Source: the human T2T-CHM13v2.0 reference genome, Homo sapiens. Taken from it: a stretch of DNA of 64,000 nt. Both the position numbers and the translations under genes were made by a program. Location of the stretch: the NCBI RefSeq assembly GCF_009914755.1, contig NC_060943.1. The stretch is one strand, 5' to 3'. Below the pieces are notes generated by a model, which searched no databases, had not been told where the DNA came from, and saw only the letters and a program-made list of their open reading frames with translations. Position 1 is the first letter of the stretch, and every line of letters starts with the position of its first letter. Positions 23,447 to 41,348 of this stretch are shown here, one piece after another.

Positions 23447-23975
23447 CTGGAAAGGGAAAGCCTCTTTAGAGGGTGATTAAAACTATATGTGGCAAAAAGG
23501 GCTCCAGTGACTCAGGCCCCAAACACAGTGACTGGACATTAACCCTGACATCTGAGCTTGGACACCAAACCTGCAAGTGCATTTGTGAGGACATACACAG
23601 CACAGGCCTGAAACAAGCACCATGCTCCACGCATAAACGACTGAGAAAAGAAAACAAAAATAAAACAGTAACACTCAGTGCTGGTGAGGATGAAGTGAAG
23701 TAGGCACTCTGAAATTCCACTGGTTTGAGGCTGAATTGGTATAACCTTTCTAAAATACGACCAGACAAACCATATTAAGAGTGATTAACGTTTCATACCC
23801 TCTAACCTGAGAACTGTAAGCCTATCATAATGAAATAACTGAGACAGGAAAACATCACACACGTGATTGTTTCTACATTACAATGAAAAGTTGGAAATAA
23901 GTGGTATTTCCAATAGAGAGACTGCATTAACTGTGGTACCTGAAAAGTGTGTGATTATCACAGGAGTTAAGAGCA

Positions 23976-27902
<3,927 letters not shown>

Positions 27903-28138
27903 GTGAACACCTAACCGACAGCGTTCTGATCCATCCATCCCTAGTCCCACTGGAAAGGCCACACATGGGGTGTATGGCCAAGATGTGACCAACCCATCAC
28001 CTACCAGCAAACCCAGGTAGGGAATCAAAACGGGGAGGAAAATTGGATCTGAAAGGGACAACAGTGTTCCTAAGACCACACAGCAGAGATCACAGAGGGA
28101 CACATACTCCACACACCACTGCTCACAGGGTGATTCTA

Positions 28139-28393
<255 letters not shown>

Positions 28394-28629
28394 TCAGGGG
28401 GCTGCCTGAATTTCAGGGCCCAACCTGTTCCACCTCCACGGCGGGATGGGAGGGCCTGGCAGCCCCTCACACCTCTTCGCCCCTTCTCTTTCGGTAGGGC
28501 TTCCTCCTGCCACGGCTGTTGTGGTCTGTCCTGCTTACCTCTCAGCTCTCTTCTCAGCTCCTCTTCTCCCTGAGAACCCCGTGCGTGTCCCTCCCCTACC
28601 AAACCCTTGGCAGCCCCTCTGCTGACTTC

Positions 28630-29830
28630 TCAGTCCGGCGGGACGCGCCCCGGGCGGCGCACTCCTATCCATGCGCCCAAACCCGAAGCGGCGGGCCCGG
28701 CCGCCGCCCCCGAGGCCGGGCGCGGAACCTACCGGTGTGTGCATAGGACACGGGCACCTTCCAGATGCTGACGTGCGCTGACACGGACGCGAAGTACTTG
28801 CCGAAGGCGAGCGGTAGCACGTAGCGCGGGTAGAAGCGCGGCGGCAGCAGCGGGCCGGACGACGGATGCGGACTGGGTCCGGGGCCCGAGACGGGCGGCG
28901 CGGGGGGCACGCGCCAGGCGCGCAGCAGCGGCGGGAGCCCAGCGCACAGAGCCAGGATGTGGCACAGCGACACGGTCACCGGGAACGGGAAGGCGCTCAG
29001 GATCACCTTGTTGACCACGTTGCCGCCCGCGCTCAGCGCGTACCACAGCAGGCACAGCGCCGCCACCCGCGCGCCCTCGCGCGCCCCACCACTGCTGCTC
29101 GCTGCGCCCGGGCCCCCCGCGCCGTGGCCCGCGCCCACCGCGGCCGCCGCCATCCTGCCCGAGCGGCCGCCCCTTCCAGCCCGTCCGACGGCCCGACGCC
29201 GGGCGGGGGCGGGGCTGGGCGGGGGGGCAGGCGCCCCGGTCTACGCCGTTTCCCATTGGTCGCTGCCTCCTCGCGTCATCCCTCCGCGCCGGCCGACGCG
29301 CCAGCCACCACGTCTCGAGTGCAGGCCCAGTCCACTGTAGATGCGCTTCCGGCGGAGCCGAGGCCGGAAGCGGAAGAAGGGGACACAGACCTGCGTCCAA
29401 GCTGTGCCACCTGAGACGTGGGCGGTCCCAGTGACCGGGAGCCGGAGCTCGAACGGGACGGGCGAACAGAAGCGCGGAGGGCTTCGCAGCGTCGGCGTCT
29501 GTGCGTGGGCCAAACATCAGGGCCTCGACCAGGGATACAAGGGCAACCGCTAACTAGATTCCTGATTCCTGATGGCTGGCGGCGGCTGACACCAAAGGTA
29601 AAAGGCCTTTTAGGGAAAGAAACCATTTGTGAAAAGCTCTTGGGCTAAACTCGCTCTGCAAACTGGGGGCGCACGCTCGTGGCCAAACTCTGGCAGTGGG
29701 ACTATCCCGGAGCACCCGATCCCTGGAATCATGTTCTGGAAACCACCGCGACGTGCGCAGTTCTCGGGCGTGGCCCTGGTATCATCCCACTGAATCCTAG
29801 GAACGCGGTGCGGTAGGTATCACTGTCCGC
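28630..29830. promoter_or_regulatory. SLC35E1: CpG-island, TATA-less promoter of SLC35E1 (probably bidirectional)
   Basis: Dense CpG and high GC. GC boxes at 29201-29227, CCAAT box on the minus strand at 29255-29259, half-CRE (TGACGC) at ~29273-29278, and ETS/GABP CCGGAAG/CGGAAG sites at 29346-29352 (-) and 29364-29376 (+). Confidence 0.9.
28733..29153 (-). CDS. SLC35E1: SLC35E1 coding exon 1 (aa 1-140 plus 1 nt); solute carrier family 35 member E1, orphan nucleotide-sugar/TPT-family transporter
   Basis: ATG at 29153-29151 in strong Kozak context (AGGATGG). Translation [16 protein letters not shown]...[37 protein letters not shown]...[12 protein letters not shown] matches SLC35E1. Donor G|GTAGG after 28733. 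421 nt. Confidence 0.97.
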
Positions 29831-30171
29831 ATTTCACAGACCGAAGTCCAGAATGGGGAAGCGACTTGTCTTAGGCTTCCTGGCCACACTGGGGACCGTG
29901 GTCATGGTAGCGTCCTTGGACACCTGTCTCCAAGGCTCTGCAGAAGGGGGAGGTGCCGGGCCCTGACGGCTGATGTCCAAGGACCAGCCGGGATGGACCA
30001 GCCCCAGGAGGCCCCAGTGGAGGAAAACAGGACGAGGTTTTCAGTAAGATGATCTTATACTAATTCAAGGGCTATAATTTGTTCTCCACATCGTGTGCCT
30101 CCAACTTTTTCGGGGAAAGGGTGTTAAAATTCCGTTACAGTGTTTTTACTTGTCAAATTAGAAGCAGCAAC

Positions 30172-30460
30172 CGGCTGGGTGCAGTGAGTCAAGCTTGGAA
30201 TCCCAGCACTTTGGGAGGCCAAGGTGGGCGGATTGCTTGAGCTCAGGAGTTGGAGATCGTGGCATCGATAACATGGCAGAACCTCATCTTTGCAAAAAAT
30301 ACAAAAATTAGCCAGGCGTGGTGGCGCACGCCTGTGGTACCCACTACTAGGGAGACTGAGGTGGGTGGATCGGCTTGAGCCCAGGTCAAGGTTCCAGTGA
30401 GCTATGATGGCGCCACTGCACTGCAGCCTGGGTGACAGAGCGAGACCCAGTCTCAAAGAA
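30172..30460 (+). mobile_element. Diverged AluJ between the SLC35E1 promoter and the MED26 3' end
   Basis: Alu consensus with J-like diagnostics. TSD-like agaagcagcaacc / gaaagcagcaacc. Confidence 0.85.
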
Positions 30461-31704
30461 AAGTAGAAAGCAGCAACCCAACTTGGCTCCCCAAATGTTG
30501 GAAGGTATCTTAGCTTATCCTTGCATTCTCAAAGGCCCTAGGCCCTTCTGGATACATGGACACAGGCATGGTAGTCCCTGCAGGCAGGGGTAGTGGGGAG
30601 CTGCAACCTATCCCAAAACTCTAGAGATGCTGATAGGAGGCCAAGCTCTGCACCCTAATATCCTCCAGCTGTACCCTCTGTGGATCAGAGTAAAGTCACA
30701 TCCTTGGGACACCATGTCTCAGCAGAGCTGTTAAACATAGGCACAGTGAAATTAGGAAAGTATAACTATAGGCACCCTACAGCACAGCTGAGTGTCAGAT
30801 ACTTCCACTGACACACTGACATGCTTTGTGTTTTAGTTCTCACAACTCTGGGGTATTCTCACCCCCCAAATGGGGACATGTGCACAGGAGTGAAGAGATG
30901 AGCTCAGAGCCACACAGCTGGTGGGTGGTAGGCCTGGGTTCAACCTCATCCTGCCTTCAAAGCCACTTTGCCCATGGCCTTTTGTTGGGGAGGGGAGTGT
31001 GTTCTGCACCAAGCTTTTGCCAGGAATCCCTGCTAGCTCTCAAACTGGCTCTGGACTGACTGTAGTCTTACAGGCTGGAAGGAACCTTTGGTTTGCCCTG
31101 TGAGACTGCATGTCTTAAGGTGTAGCTGTTTCTTCATTTGTGAAATTAAGCAGATATGGGTAAGATGACCTATTCCAAAGTGAAAAACTGGAAAACCAAA
31201 GTCTTAGCCTACAGTTTCAGGGACGAGGGGGAACTAAAAGATGAGCACTTTATAGTCAAGGGAGAAAAATTTTTTTGGAGTCAGCACCAACCAGCTAATA
31301 AGGCAGCTGGGGGCCAGGGCCATGGGGTGGCCTTTCAGACACACACACACAGCTCTGAGCCTCTGGGCCATACCTTGTAAGAACTAGGTATTTTGTTGAG
31401 GTGGGGGTAGTCACTGAGACCTGTGCTATGGGAGCCTCCTACAGAGGGCTGCTCTCTAGGCCAGGTAAAGTCTGGGTGAGACAAGAAAACATTCCTTAAT
31501 GTGGCCCTGAATGAATAAAATGTGGAGGTCCTCCCAAATGCAGCAGCAGGCTAACAGGTGGACTGCAAGGCTGTGCCCTGCCCTGTCTCCCTGCATTGCA
31601 GCTGTTGGGGTCTGGGTGTTCCTGGCTAATAATCCACAATCCAGGAAAGGGCTGATTTGGTTGTGAAGGTCCAAATGAGAAAAGATTCTCAGACTGGTTT
31701 GTGC

Positions 31705-32815
31705 AAATGGTTTTTTTTTTTTTTTTATTTCCACATTTATATCACAAGGTGTCCACTTACTGGACCAAATAGCAAAGTTGCTCCCTTCTGCGTCCTGAGA
31801 ACACAGAAGTCTAGGTACTGTACATTCACTAAGGCTCCTTGTTTTTGCAAATCGCGTTTATGACAAATAACCATAAGGCAAACGAATCTAAAGGAATGGT
31901 TATGAGTGTTTCCAGCGTACAGACAGGTCTTCCCCCTCGCCCCACAGTACAGCATAAAACCAGTAGCACCCACAATAACTTTTGTGTTGTTTTGGGGGGA
32001 CTCTAGAAAGGTGAAGTTTTCTAGATGTGTACAGGAAGGGAAAAAAGAAAAGGGAGGAAGAAAGGAAAGGTTTTTTTGTCTGGTGGTCTGATGGAAGAGG
32101 AATTGTTTAAAATAAACATGAGAAAACTTAAATTTTTGCAGCATTTCTTTAAAAACTGGGTTATAACTGAAACCAGATATAAACAGGTGGCTGCCCATGG
32201 AGTGTGGGTCACACTGGCTGGCCAGCTGGCCCGCCTGCCCAATGCCAGTGGCTCACCACAGCTGAGAAGCTTCTGGCACATGACAGACAACACTGGCCTG
32301 ACAGTGGCTGGGTAGGGAGCAAACAGAGGCAGTGGCATGGCCCACTGTCTCAAGACACTCAGGGCCAAATTAAAGAACAGAAAATGCAAGAGAGATGAGA
32401 TGCGTGCTTCTGTTGCTGTGTTAAAGGTGACCTCTCCCACAGGTTTTCTGTGCCTGCCTGCAACTGAGGCCCCAGCTTTCAGGTGCTGGAAAGTGTCCGC
32501 ACCTCTTTGGGGGTGAGGGACTAACGCTTTTTATAGCTGGTTTGCTATAGAGTTCTGAACTCACTTTGCCGTCCTTCCTTCCACGCGGTCCTTCTTCGCA
32601 ATTTTGTTAGTAAACTGGTAGCAGCATTTCACAAAAAGAGTTTTGAGGGAAGAGCGCAGAGAGACCGCGTGACTCCCGCCCCCTCCCTCCCGCCTGGGCC
32701 GGACTCCCCGAGTTCCCAGCGCAGGAGGCAGCTGGGCCCCGGCCACCTGCCCACCTGCCTGCCCGCCCACCCGGCTTCTGCAAGATGGGAATGCACTTTG
32801 TGGCTGACAGGCCGG
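31705..32815 (-). other. MED26: MED26 3'UTR (~1.1 kb, repeat-free)
   Basis: Lies between the stop codon and the AATAAA at 31729-31724. Contains no Alu. Confidence 0.8.
31724..31729 (-). terminator. MED26: MED26 polyadenylation signal AATAAA, running into a genomic A tract
   Basis: Minus strand reads GGAAATAAAAAAAAAAAAAAAACC. A variant TATAAA lies just upstream (31741-31736). Confidence 0.75.
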
Positions 32816-34471
32816 TCAGTCCAAGCAGACATAAGGCAGAATGTTCAAGCGCCCGTCGTCGCCGTGCGGATCGAGCGATATGCACTGCGTCCAGTCATAC
32901 CAGTTACCCTGTGTGTCCTGACACCCGTTCACCCCCGGCCACTGGCTGGCCTGGATTCTGTCGAGATCGTCCTGTGTGACCTCCCGGGTCAGACCAGGGA
33001 GGTCCGTGGGCGGGCTTTGAGGCACCAGCACATGCAGCTGCCTGGCCCCTTGCCGGGTGCTCTCCTCCTGCTTCAGGTACTCAGACATGAAGTGGTGAGC
33101 CCCTGGGGTCTGCGCGCCCGATGATGAGAGCAGGCTGCTCTGCCGGCTCAGGTAGGACTGGATGATCTCGTTGCGTGACAGCTCCTTCCAGTTCGTCTGT
33201 TCGAAGGGGCTCTGGAGGCTGGCCTTGGCCTCCTGCTTGTCCAGCTCTGTCCTGGACTGCTGCTCCATGTGCACAGGGCTGTCTGCCCGCACTGGCTCTT
33301 TCTGGGTCAGAGGTTTGATCTGTCTCGTCATGGGGTCAAAGGTGAGCTTCCGCTCTTTTAACCGGACAGGCTTGACGCCCGCCTCAGCCACCTGCCCGTC
33401 CAAGTTAACCGTATAGTCTCGAGGTCGGTACCTCTTCTTCTTTTTACTGTCCGAGCCCCCTGAGGAGGCAGCATCACTGTCCGCCTTGGAGGAGTCTGGG
33501 GAAAAGCCTGCCCGGGACAGGAGGGGCTCGGCTGGGGACAGCCCTGCCTTGCAGCCCGGCCCCGCCAGCCGCTGGTGGCTCTCAGGCTGCTCAAGCCAGC
33601 ACACTGGGCTTTCCGCACTGGGCAGCAGCTCGAGCCGCCGTACGGGGGGTGTGGACGGCTGTGCCAGTGGAAGCGGTGACGGCACCTGTGTGGCATCGAG
33701 TGCCTGGGGCCGCGGTGAGGGGCTGGGCACGGAGCCCTTGGGTGCATACAAGCTCTGCTGCCGGGCAAAGGAGCCCTCATGCCGTGAGTTCCGAGGACTG
33801 AAAGAGCAGCGAGGGGGTCCCTTGGGATGGGGAGGCCCCGGAGTCTCGTCCACCCTGTCCAGCTGCTGCAGCACCGAAGCCTTTGGCTGCAAGCAGGGTC
33901 CAGGGGGCTTGCCCAGGCCCGGGGAGCTGGTGTGCGGTCGCACGGCGTTGACGGGGATCTTGCCACTGTGCTTGTCATTCTCGTCACGCTCCAGGCGGCT
34001 GCCCTCTGGGCCTGCATGCCCACTGCCATCCAGGGAGCTGGCGAAGCTCTCTGGACTCCCACTGATCCCGTTGGTGGGGAGGGGGGATGAGTTGGGGACC
34101 AGGGGGTCGTGGCTAGCTTTGGAGACCTTGGGTGGCGGCCCTGGGTGGCCGAGGTCACGCTGGTCACCCCGGCGCTTGCGGCTGCCCAGCCTGTCCAGCC
34201 GCTGCCCGGGCAGCCTCTGGAGGTCATTGCGGCTCTTCAGGTCATGGATGCTCCTGGGTGGGCCAGCCGCCCCCACCTCCGGCCGGCAGTTGTGTGCGCC
34301 CCCGTTGGCAGAGCCGGTGGCCCCCGCCAGCCCCCGCAGCGCCGCCTCATGCTGGTGTGCCGGCTCGATGAGCTTCTGCCAGCTCCGCAGCAGCTTCTTG
34401 GCCCGCTTGGCGAGCTCCTCGTTCTTGGTTTTCTTGCGGACGTCGTTGATGAGCTTCCCAAGTCGTGTTTC
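32816..34471 (-). CDS. MED26: MED26 terminal coding exon (551 aa + stop): end of the TFIIS-N-like domain, long IDR, and Med26 C-terminal domain (...DWTQCISLDPHGDDGRLNILPYVCLD*)
   Basis: Acceptor gttgtag|GAAACACGA (ETRLGKLINDVRKKTKNEELAKRAKKLLRSWQKLIEP). Open to TGA at 32818-32816. 1656 nt. C-terminus matches MED26. Confidence 0.97.
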   Translation of the reverse strand, partial: ETRLGKLINDVRKKTKNEELAKRAKKLLRSWQKLIEPAHQHEAALRGLAGATGSANGGAHNCRPEVGAAGPPRSIHDLKSRNDLQRLPGQRLDRLGSRKRRGDQRDLGHPGPPPKVSKASHDPLVPNSSPLPTNGISGSPESFASSLDGSGHAGPEGSRLERDENDKHSGKIPVNAVRPHTSSPGLGKPPGPCLQPKASVLQQLDRVDETPGPPHPKGPPRCSFSPRNSRHEGSFARQQSLYAPKGSVPSPSPRPQALDATQVPSPLPLAQPSTPPVRRLELLPSAESPVCWLEQPESHQRLAGPGCKAGLSPAEPLLSRAGFSPDSSKADSDAASSGGSDSKKKKRYRPRDYTVNLDGQVAEAGVKPVRLKERKLTFDPMTRQIKPLTQKEPVRADSPVHMEQQSRTELDKQEAKASLQSPFEQTNWKELSRNEIIQSYLSRQSSLLSSSGAQTPGAHHFMSEYLKQEESTRQGARQLHVLVPQSPPTDLPGLTREVTQDDLDRIQASQWPGVNGCQDTQGNWYDWTQCISLDPHGDDGRLNILPYVCLD

Positions 34472-35123
34472 CTACAACCAGAGGGAGATGATGACATACT
34501 TTCGGGACAGGAACTTCTCCATGAGCTGAGCCAGAAATGGTGGGAAGTGGCCCTGACAGTGAAATGACCCGGTTCCCACTGAGCCCTAAACTGCCAGCTT
34601 CCCTGACACAAAACTTCTGGGGATTTCCGGTCCTTTGTGACAATATAAATTCTCAAACCTAGTTCCCAGACCTTCAGGGTCCCAGGTGGCTTCTCAGCAG
34701 TGCTGTCACCCAGGCTCCTGGTGTCAGGGGGCTGTGGACCATCAAGGCCACTGTAAGGACACTGCCAGAGAGGCTTCCTGGGTGAGAGGGTGCTGTGGCC
34801 GAGGCGACAGCACAGAGGGTCCGCTTCAAGTGGAGGGTTGGGGATGGTGCCTCTCACTGGAGCCTCCTCCAAGCACACCTCTCCTGATGTCCCCACGTGC
34901 CCACGAAGTGTGCTGGGCATGTAGGATGGGAGTAACACCACTTGGTCTCTGCAGTGCCCGTGGGAGAGCAAGATCGCGAGGCACGAGCTGTGAGGGCACA
35001 CCGCCTCTCTTGGTCCTCCGAAGCAAAGACACTGATGCTCCCAGAAGCTGCGGAAGGACCTGGTTGGTACCATCCCCTGCCCCCCGTTCTGCCCTCCCAA
35101 ATGCTGGGGTCTGGGATACTCAC

Positions 35124-35198
35124 CTCAAGTGCCTCTTTGGTAATAGGGTATTTCTCCAGGCTGGAGATGACTTCCAGCACCGCCACCATGTTCCGGAT
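35124..35198 (-). CDS. MED26: MED26 exon 2 (IRNMVAVLEVISSLEKYPITKEALE)
   Basis: Acceptor atttccacag| and donor GAG|gtgagt. 75 nt, phase 0-0. With a 24-codon exon 1 outside the window this gives the 600-aa protein I recall. Confidence 0.95.
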
Positions 35199-35571
35199 CT
35201 GTGGAAATAAAAAGCCATTTGTCAGGTCCCTGTCCTTCTCCACTGGGAGGCTGGAACACCCTGCCCCAGCCTGCTCCAGTCTCTCCCCAACCCCAGAGCA
35301 AGAGGAGCCAGCAGCACTGAAGCCCCCACTCCATGTCGTCTCCTACCTGCTCCCTGGGCCAACCTGGCACCCAGTGCTCATCCTCACCTGCCGTCTGACC
35401 TCCTCCAGTGTGTGGTGTGCGGGCTGCCCCAAGCCCTCCAGTGTACATGGTACATACCCACCCACCTGCTGAAACCCAGGATGCCTGTGGAACAAGAGCT
35501 GCTCCTGATACTTAAGATGACCTCTACTCTGCCATCTGATGGGAGTGGGAGAGGAGACACGGAAGAATTCA

Positions 35572-36150
<579 letters not shown>

Positions 36151-36999
36151 TCAAACTGAACCCACAAATGGATACATGATACACGTGCCCCACTGACAAC
36201 ACTAGGTACTTCGGGGGATACAGCTGACTTTGGGGACTGCTGGGCTTTGTCTGGCAGAGTGAAGCATGAACACATCCCATGACCAAGTAATCCCTCCCTT
36301 TTAGGATCTTGCTAGGAGCCACACCTTGTTCTAAGCACTTCCCACACATTACTGACTCCCTTAATTGTTACAACAAGAATTCCTACCACTCAACCACCAC
36401 CTCCAGCAACTACAGGTTTCTGGTGGGCTGGCTAGCGGGTGGGAGCCCAGGGGCCCTGAGGAAACCACAGTGAGTAGATTACTCAACTCCCCCCCACCCC
36501 AACATGATAAAGGAGTTAAGCGGGCACATGATACAAATTAAAACAGCATAAAAGGGCACACAAGGAAATGGGCATCTCTGACCCAGCCACTGTAGCATTT
36601 CCTTGCATTTTTTTCCAAAAATATCCCTTGTGTATATAGGCGTATACATCCACACTTATCACATATTTCAAAACCAAACTGACAGTGGTTCTTGCCTTTT
36701 CTGACTTAATGTCAGCAATGTCCAGCCTCAAACAGAGCCCCTCATTTGGCTCACCATCCCTTCCAGAGTGGGGAAGGCCCGACTTGAATGCTGTGGGACA
36801 CTTAGGCACTTTCCGTCCGCCATTACAAAATAAGGCTGCAACCGACGGCAGTGACAGACCTGACTCTGAGCTAGTGCACAGACAGCCATGGAGGAGCTGG
36901 GGCTCCACATCCATGCAGGGTGGTCACCTCACCCCCAGGGAGGCTGCTCTATTCCATTCCCACCAGGCCACATCCTTGCCAAGACTGCGTGGCAAGAGT

Positions 37000-37807
<808 letters not shown>

Positions 37808-38729
37808 GGATTCTGGCTTTTCTACTCTTCTGCCCCACTTCCAGTGGGAGGCAGCCACTGCCACTCCCTCCCTTCCCGTGTTGTCTCCTCTGGGTGTAAA
37901 GTTGCAGAGCCACGACAGCAGTCCCCGCAGAACTCCCACAAAGCTGCCCTGCCAATGGGCCCATTTGCTCTTTGGCAACAACGGCCTTGCCTTGCAATGT
38001 TCTCATTCAGGGCTCCAAATGACCCTGAAAACCCTGCTTCAAGCTGTGTCATGGTGGGGGTGGACGGGTGATATGAGGGGAGATACAGTCCTGTCCGCAC
38101 TCCTCGTGCAATGGGCAGGGATCAGTGCAGGGGAAGACTGTGCGATGAGGAGGCCAGTCCCAGACAGACAGCAAGGCCAACCACTCCCTGCCCCAGGCAC
38201 TCCAGCACCGACTCAGTCCCTGGGCTTGCCACATGGCTTCACCTCCACCCTGCTGACCTCACCCTGGTATATTTGGAGCCCTGGTTCCCCACATACTCCT
38301 GAAGCAGCAGTCCTTGCAGAGCAGAACACTGCCCAGACCCAGCTAGCCTGGTGGCACAAAGTGTCCTTGTCCTTGGGCAGACACCATCCTGCTGCCAGAC
38401 AAGAGGGAGGAGACAGAACACCTGGGCAACCCCAGGGTCTGGTACTGAGCTGGTGCCCCAGAAATCACCGCTGAACTAACAGCCAGTCCCAAGAGTCTCC
38501 TGGAAACTGTGTGGGAGCTGGGGACACCAGGCGAAGGTGTGAGGGCCCTGTGACTGTGTATCCTTACCCTTGGCCCCTCCCCTGCCTTATGAGCCACGCT
38601 TAAGCGTGTGCAGAGAGGCCTTCAGCCTCTAGGAGCCCCAAGGGAAATGCTACAGCCTTGGCAGTCCCCTTTCTGTCCCCACCGTGTGAGCTGCTCACCT
38701 GAGGAGTAGAGGAGCCCGCCTGCTCTACC

Positions 38730-38915
38730 TGTAAGGTGCTAGAAACCCACAGTCCTACGCCGTAAACAGATGAACTCTGCCAACACCTGAAGGGGCAGAA
38801 AATGGATCCTCCAGAGAGGAGCGCAGCTCGCTGCTTCCTGGATCCCAGCCCGGTGAGACTGGAGCTGACTTCTGAGCCCTAGAGCCTGAGATGATAAATG
38901 TGTGTTGTGTAAGAC
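38730..38915 (+). mobile_element. MLT1-family LTR fragment
   Basis: gaactctgccaac...gagactggagctgacttctga...gataaatgtgtgttgtgtaag resembles the MLT1 3' half. Confidence 0.55.
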
Positions 38916-40625
38916 ACAGAGAGAGGGTGAGTGTCCAGTGCGGCCACTCCCTGGAGCCAGCAGAAGGCAGTCAGTGATGTCAGCAGAGCTAAGGATGGGG
39001 GCAAGGTGAGACTGCCCTGCCCTGCGACCTCTGGGGCATTGATGTCAAGCAGTCTGAACACTGTGTGGGGAGCACCACCTGGGCATCCAGACACAGGCCT
39101 CCCAGGCCCAGGAGGCAGACACTGAGCAATGCAGCGAGGAATCCCTGCAAAGGGCCTGGCCCCGACCCCAGGCACACTGAGCCAGAAGGCTCCACAGAGC
39201 CTCTTTATAGATGGCCACAGTCTGTCCCAAAGAACACTTAGCACCCAATTGGTGCTGGTCCCATAGGAGCAAAATAGGAGCTGGCTTCTGACCCTGGCCC
39301 TGGGGACCCTGCCTTAACAACCAACTGACCCCCCACCCAGGAGTGGCAGGTCTCCCACTCTCATGGAGGTGGCCCTCTGTGAGTGACAGAGACACCAGGA
39401 CTCGTATGTGGCTGAGGGGAGGCTCCCGCTCTGACTCCAGGCCTGCTAAGTCCAGCATGAACCCTCAGGGCAGGGAGGCAGGCCACAGGGGGAGGGCAGC
39501 ACCTAAGGTGGCCTCCCAGGGAGGTCAAAAAAGGATGTGGCAGAACGAGCTGTGTCCACCTGGGCTGGAGACCGACTTCCATGCTGGAAAGCAGAAAAGA
39601 GCTGGAGAAGGATGGGCAGGGAGCTGGCCAGACAGCACCAAAGCCCTGCGGCAGGGGAGAGGCCATGGGTAAGGACACCGGGAGGAAAAACAGACCCAAA
39701 AGACCCAAGGTGGCTCCTTCACAACCTGTCTTCTATCCCCCTTAGCGACTGCCCCCACAGACCACCTGCCCTTGCCCTGTTTCTGGGATGCCCTTGGCAC
39801 CTGTCCATCTATCTGGGGAAGTACACTAGATCCTAATCTCAGCACAGACACAGTTTGACTCCACATGGGGAGCCGCTCCAGGCGATGGCCTCAAAAGATG
39901 GCTTTAAGGCAGCTCTTCAGGCTTGCCAGGGCCATGTCTGTGGCCCGATGGCCAATTGCAGCCTCTTGCTGTCAGGAATAGCCTGGCACATCTGAGGCCC
40001 CCTCCTCCTTTGGATTCTCCCTTGGGATTTGTTCCCAGTCCAAAAAAACCTCTCAAAACACCTGCCAAGTTGCTTTCCCAAAGGGGCAGGAATCCCGTCA
40101 GGAACTGTAGCCTCTCACTTCTCCACTAGGGACCCCTCAATAGATGCAGATGGGTCTGAACTTCCTTAACCATCAACGAAGACAGGCGTTGCCTCCCCTT
40201 TCTACCAACACTGACCGCCCCTGCCCACTTAATTTGCTTCAGTTTGGCCTCTTCATTGCTGCGGGAAGTGCCTGTGAAGGGCAAGGGTGTTGGGTGGGGG
40301 TGGGGGGTGTCGACAGCAGAACCTCCATGCAGCTACTAGGAGAAGCAGGGGTAAATGCAGCAAGGAGCACTCTGGAAGCAGGTGGGACCTCCCTGGGGTG
40401 CCTGCTCCAAAGGCAGGCAGGGCAGGAAGTTAGCAGGTGGGACCAGGTGTGGCACAGGTATACATGCAGGTCCAGCCCAGCCGCCTGGTACATGAATGTT
40501 GATGGAACTGACTCCACTGTCACACCGAACACTTTCAGGTCTTAGAATGGAAATCCATGAGGCATGATCAGGTACACATGGGCCAATAGGAATGTGAACA
40601 TTAATCTCGTCCTTCTGGAATCTCA

Positions 40626-41348
<723 letters not shown>

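Noticed and set aside
28729-29648. Multiple overlapping ORFs (up to 262 aa) across the CpG island, including upstream ATGs at 29256 and 29279
   Set aside because: Stop codons are scarce in GC-rich DNA. The ATGs lie within promoter motifs (CCAAT, half-CRE), probably upstream of the main TSS.
33486-34529. 347-aa + strand ORF antisense to MED26
   Set aside because: Starts at TTG, has low-complexity composition and no promoter or splice support. Expected shadow of a GC-rich CDS.
34237-35243. ORFs 34237-35100 (287 aa) and 34854-35243 spanning MED26 intron 2
   Set aside because: They run through a canonical GT-AG intron. Retention would stop the main frame at 34854. No recognisable protein.
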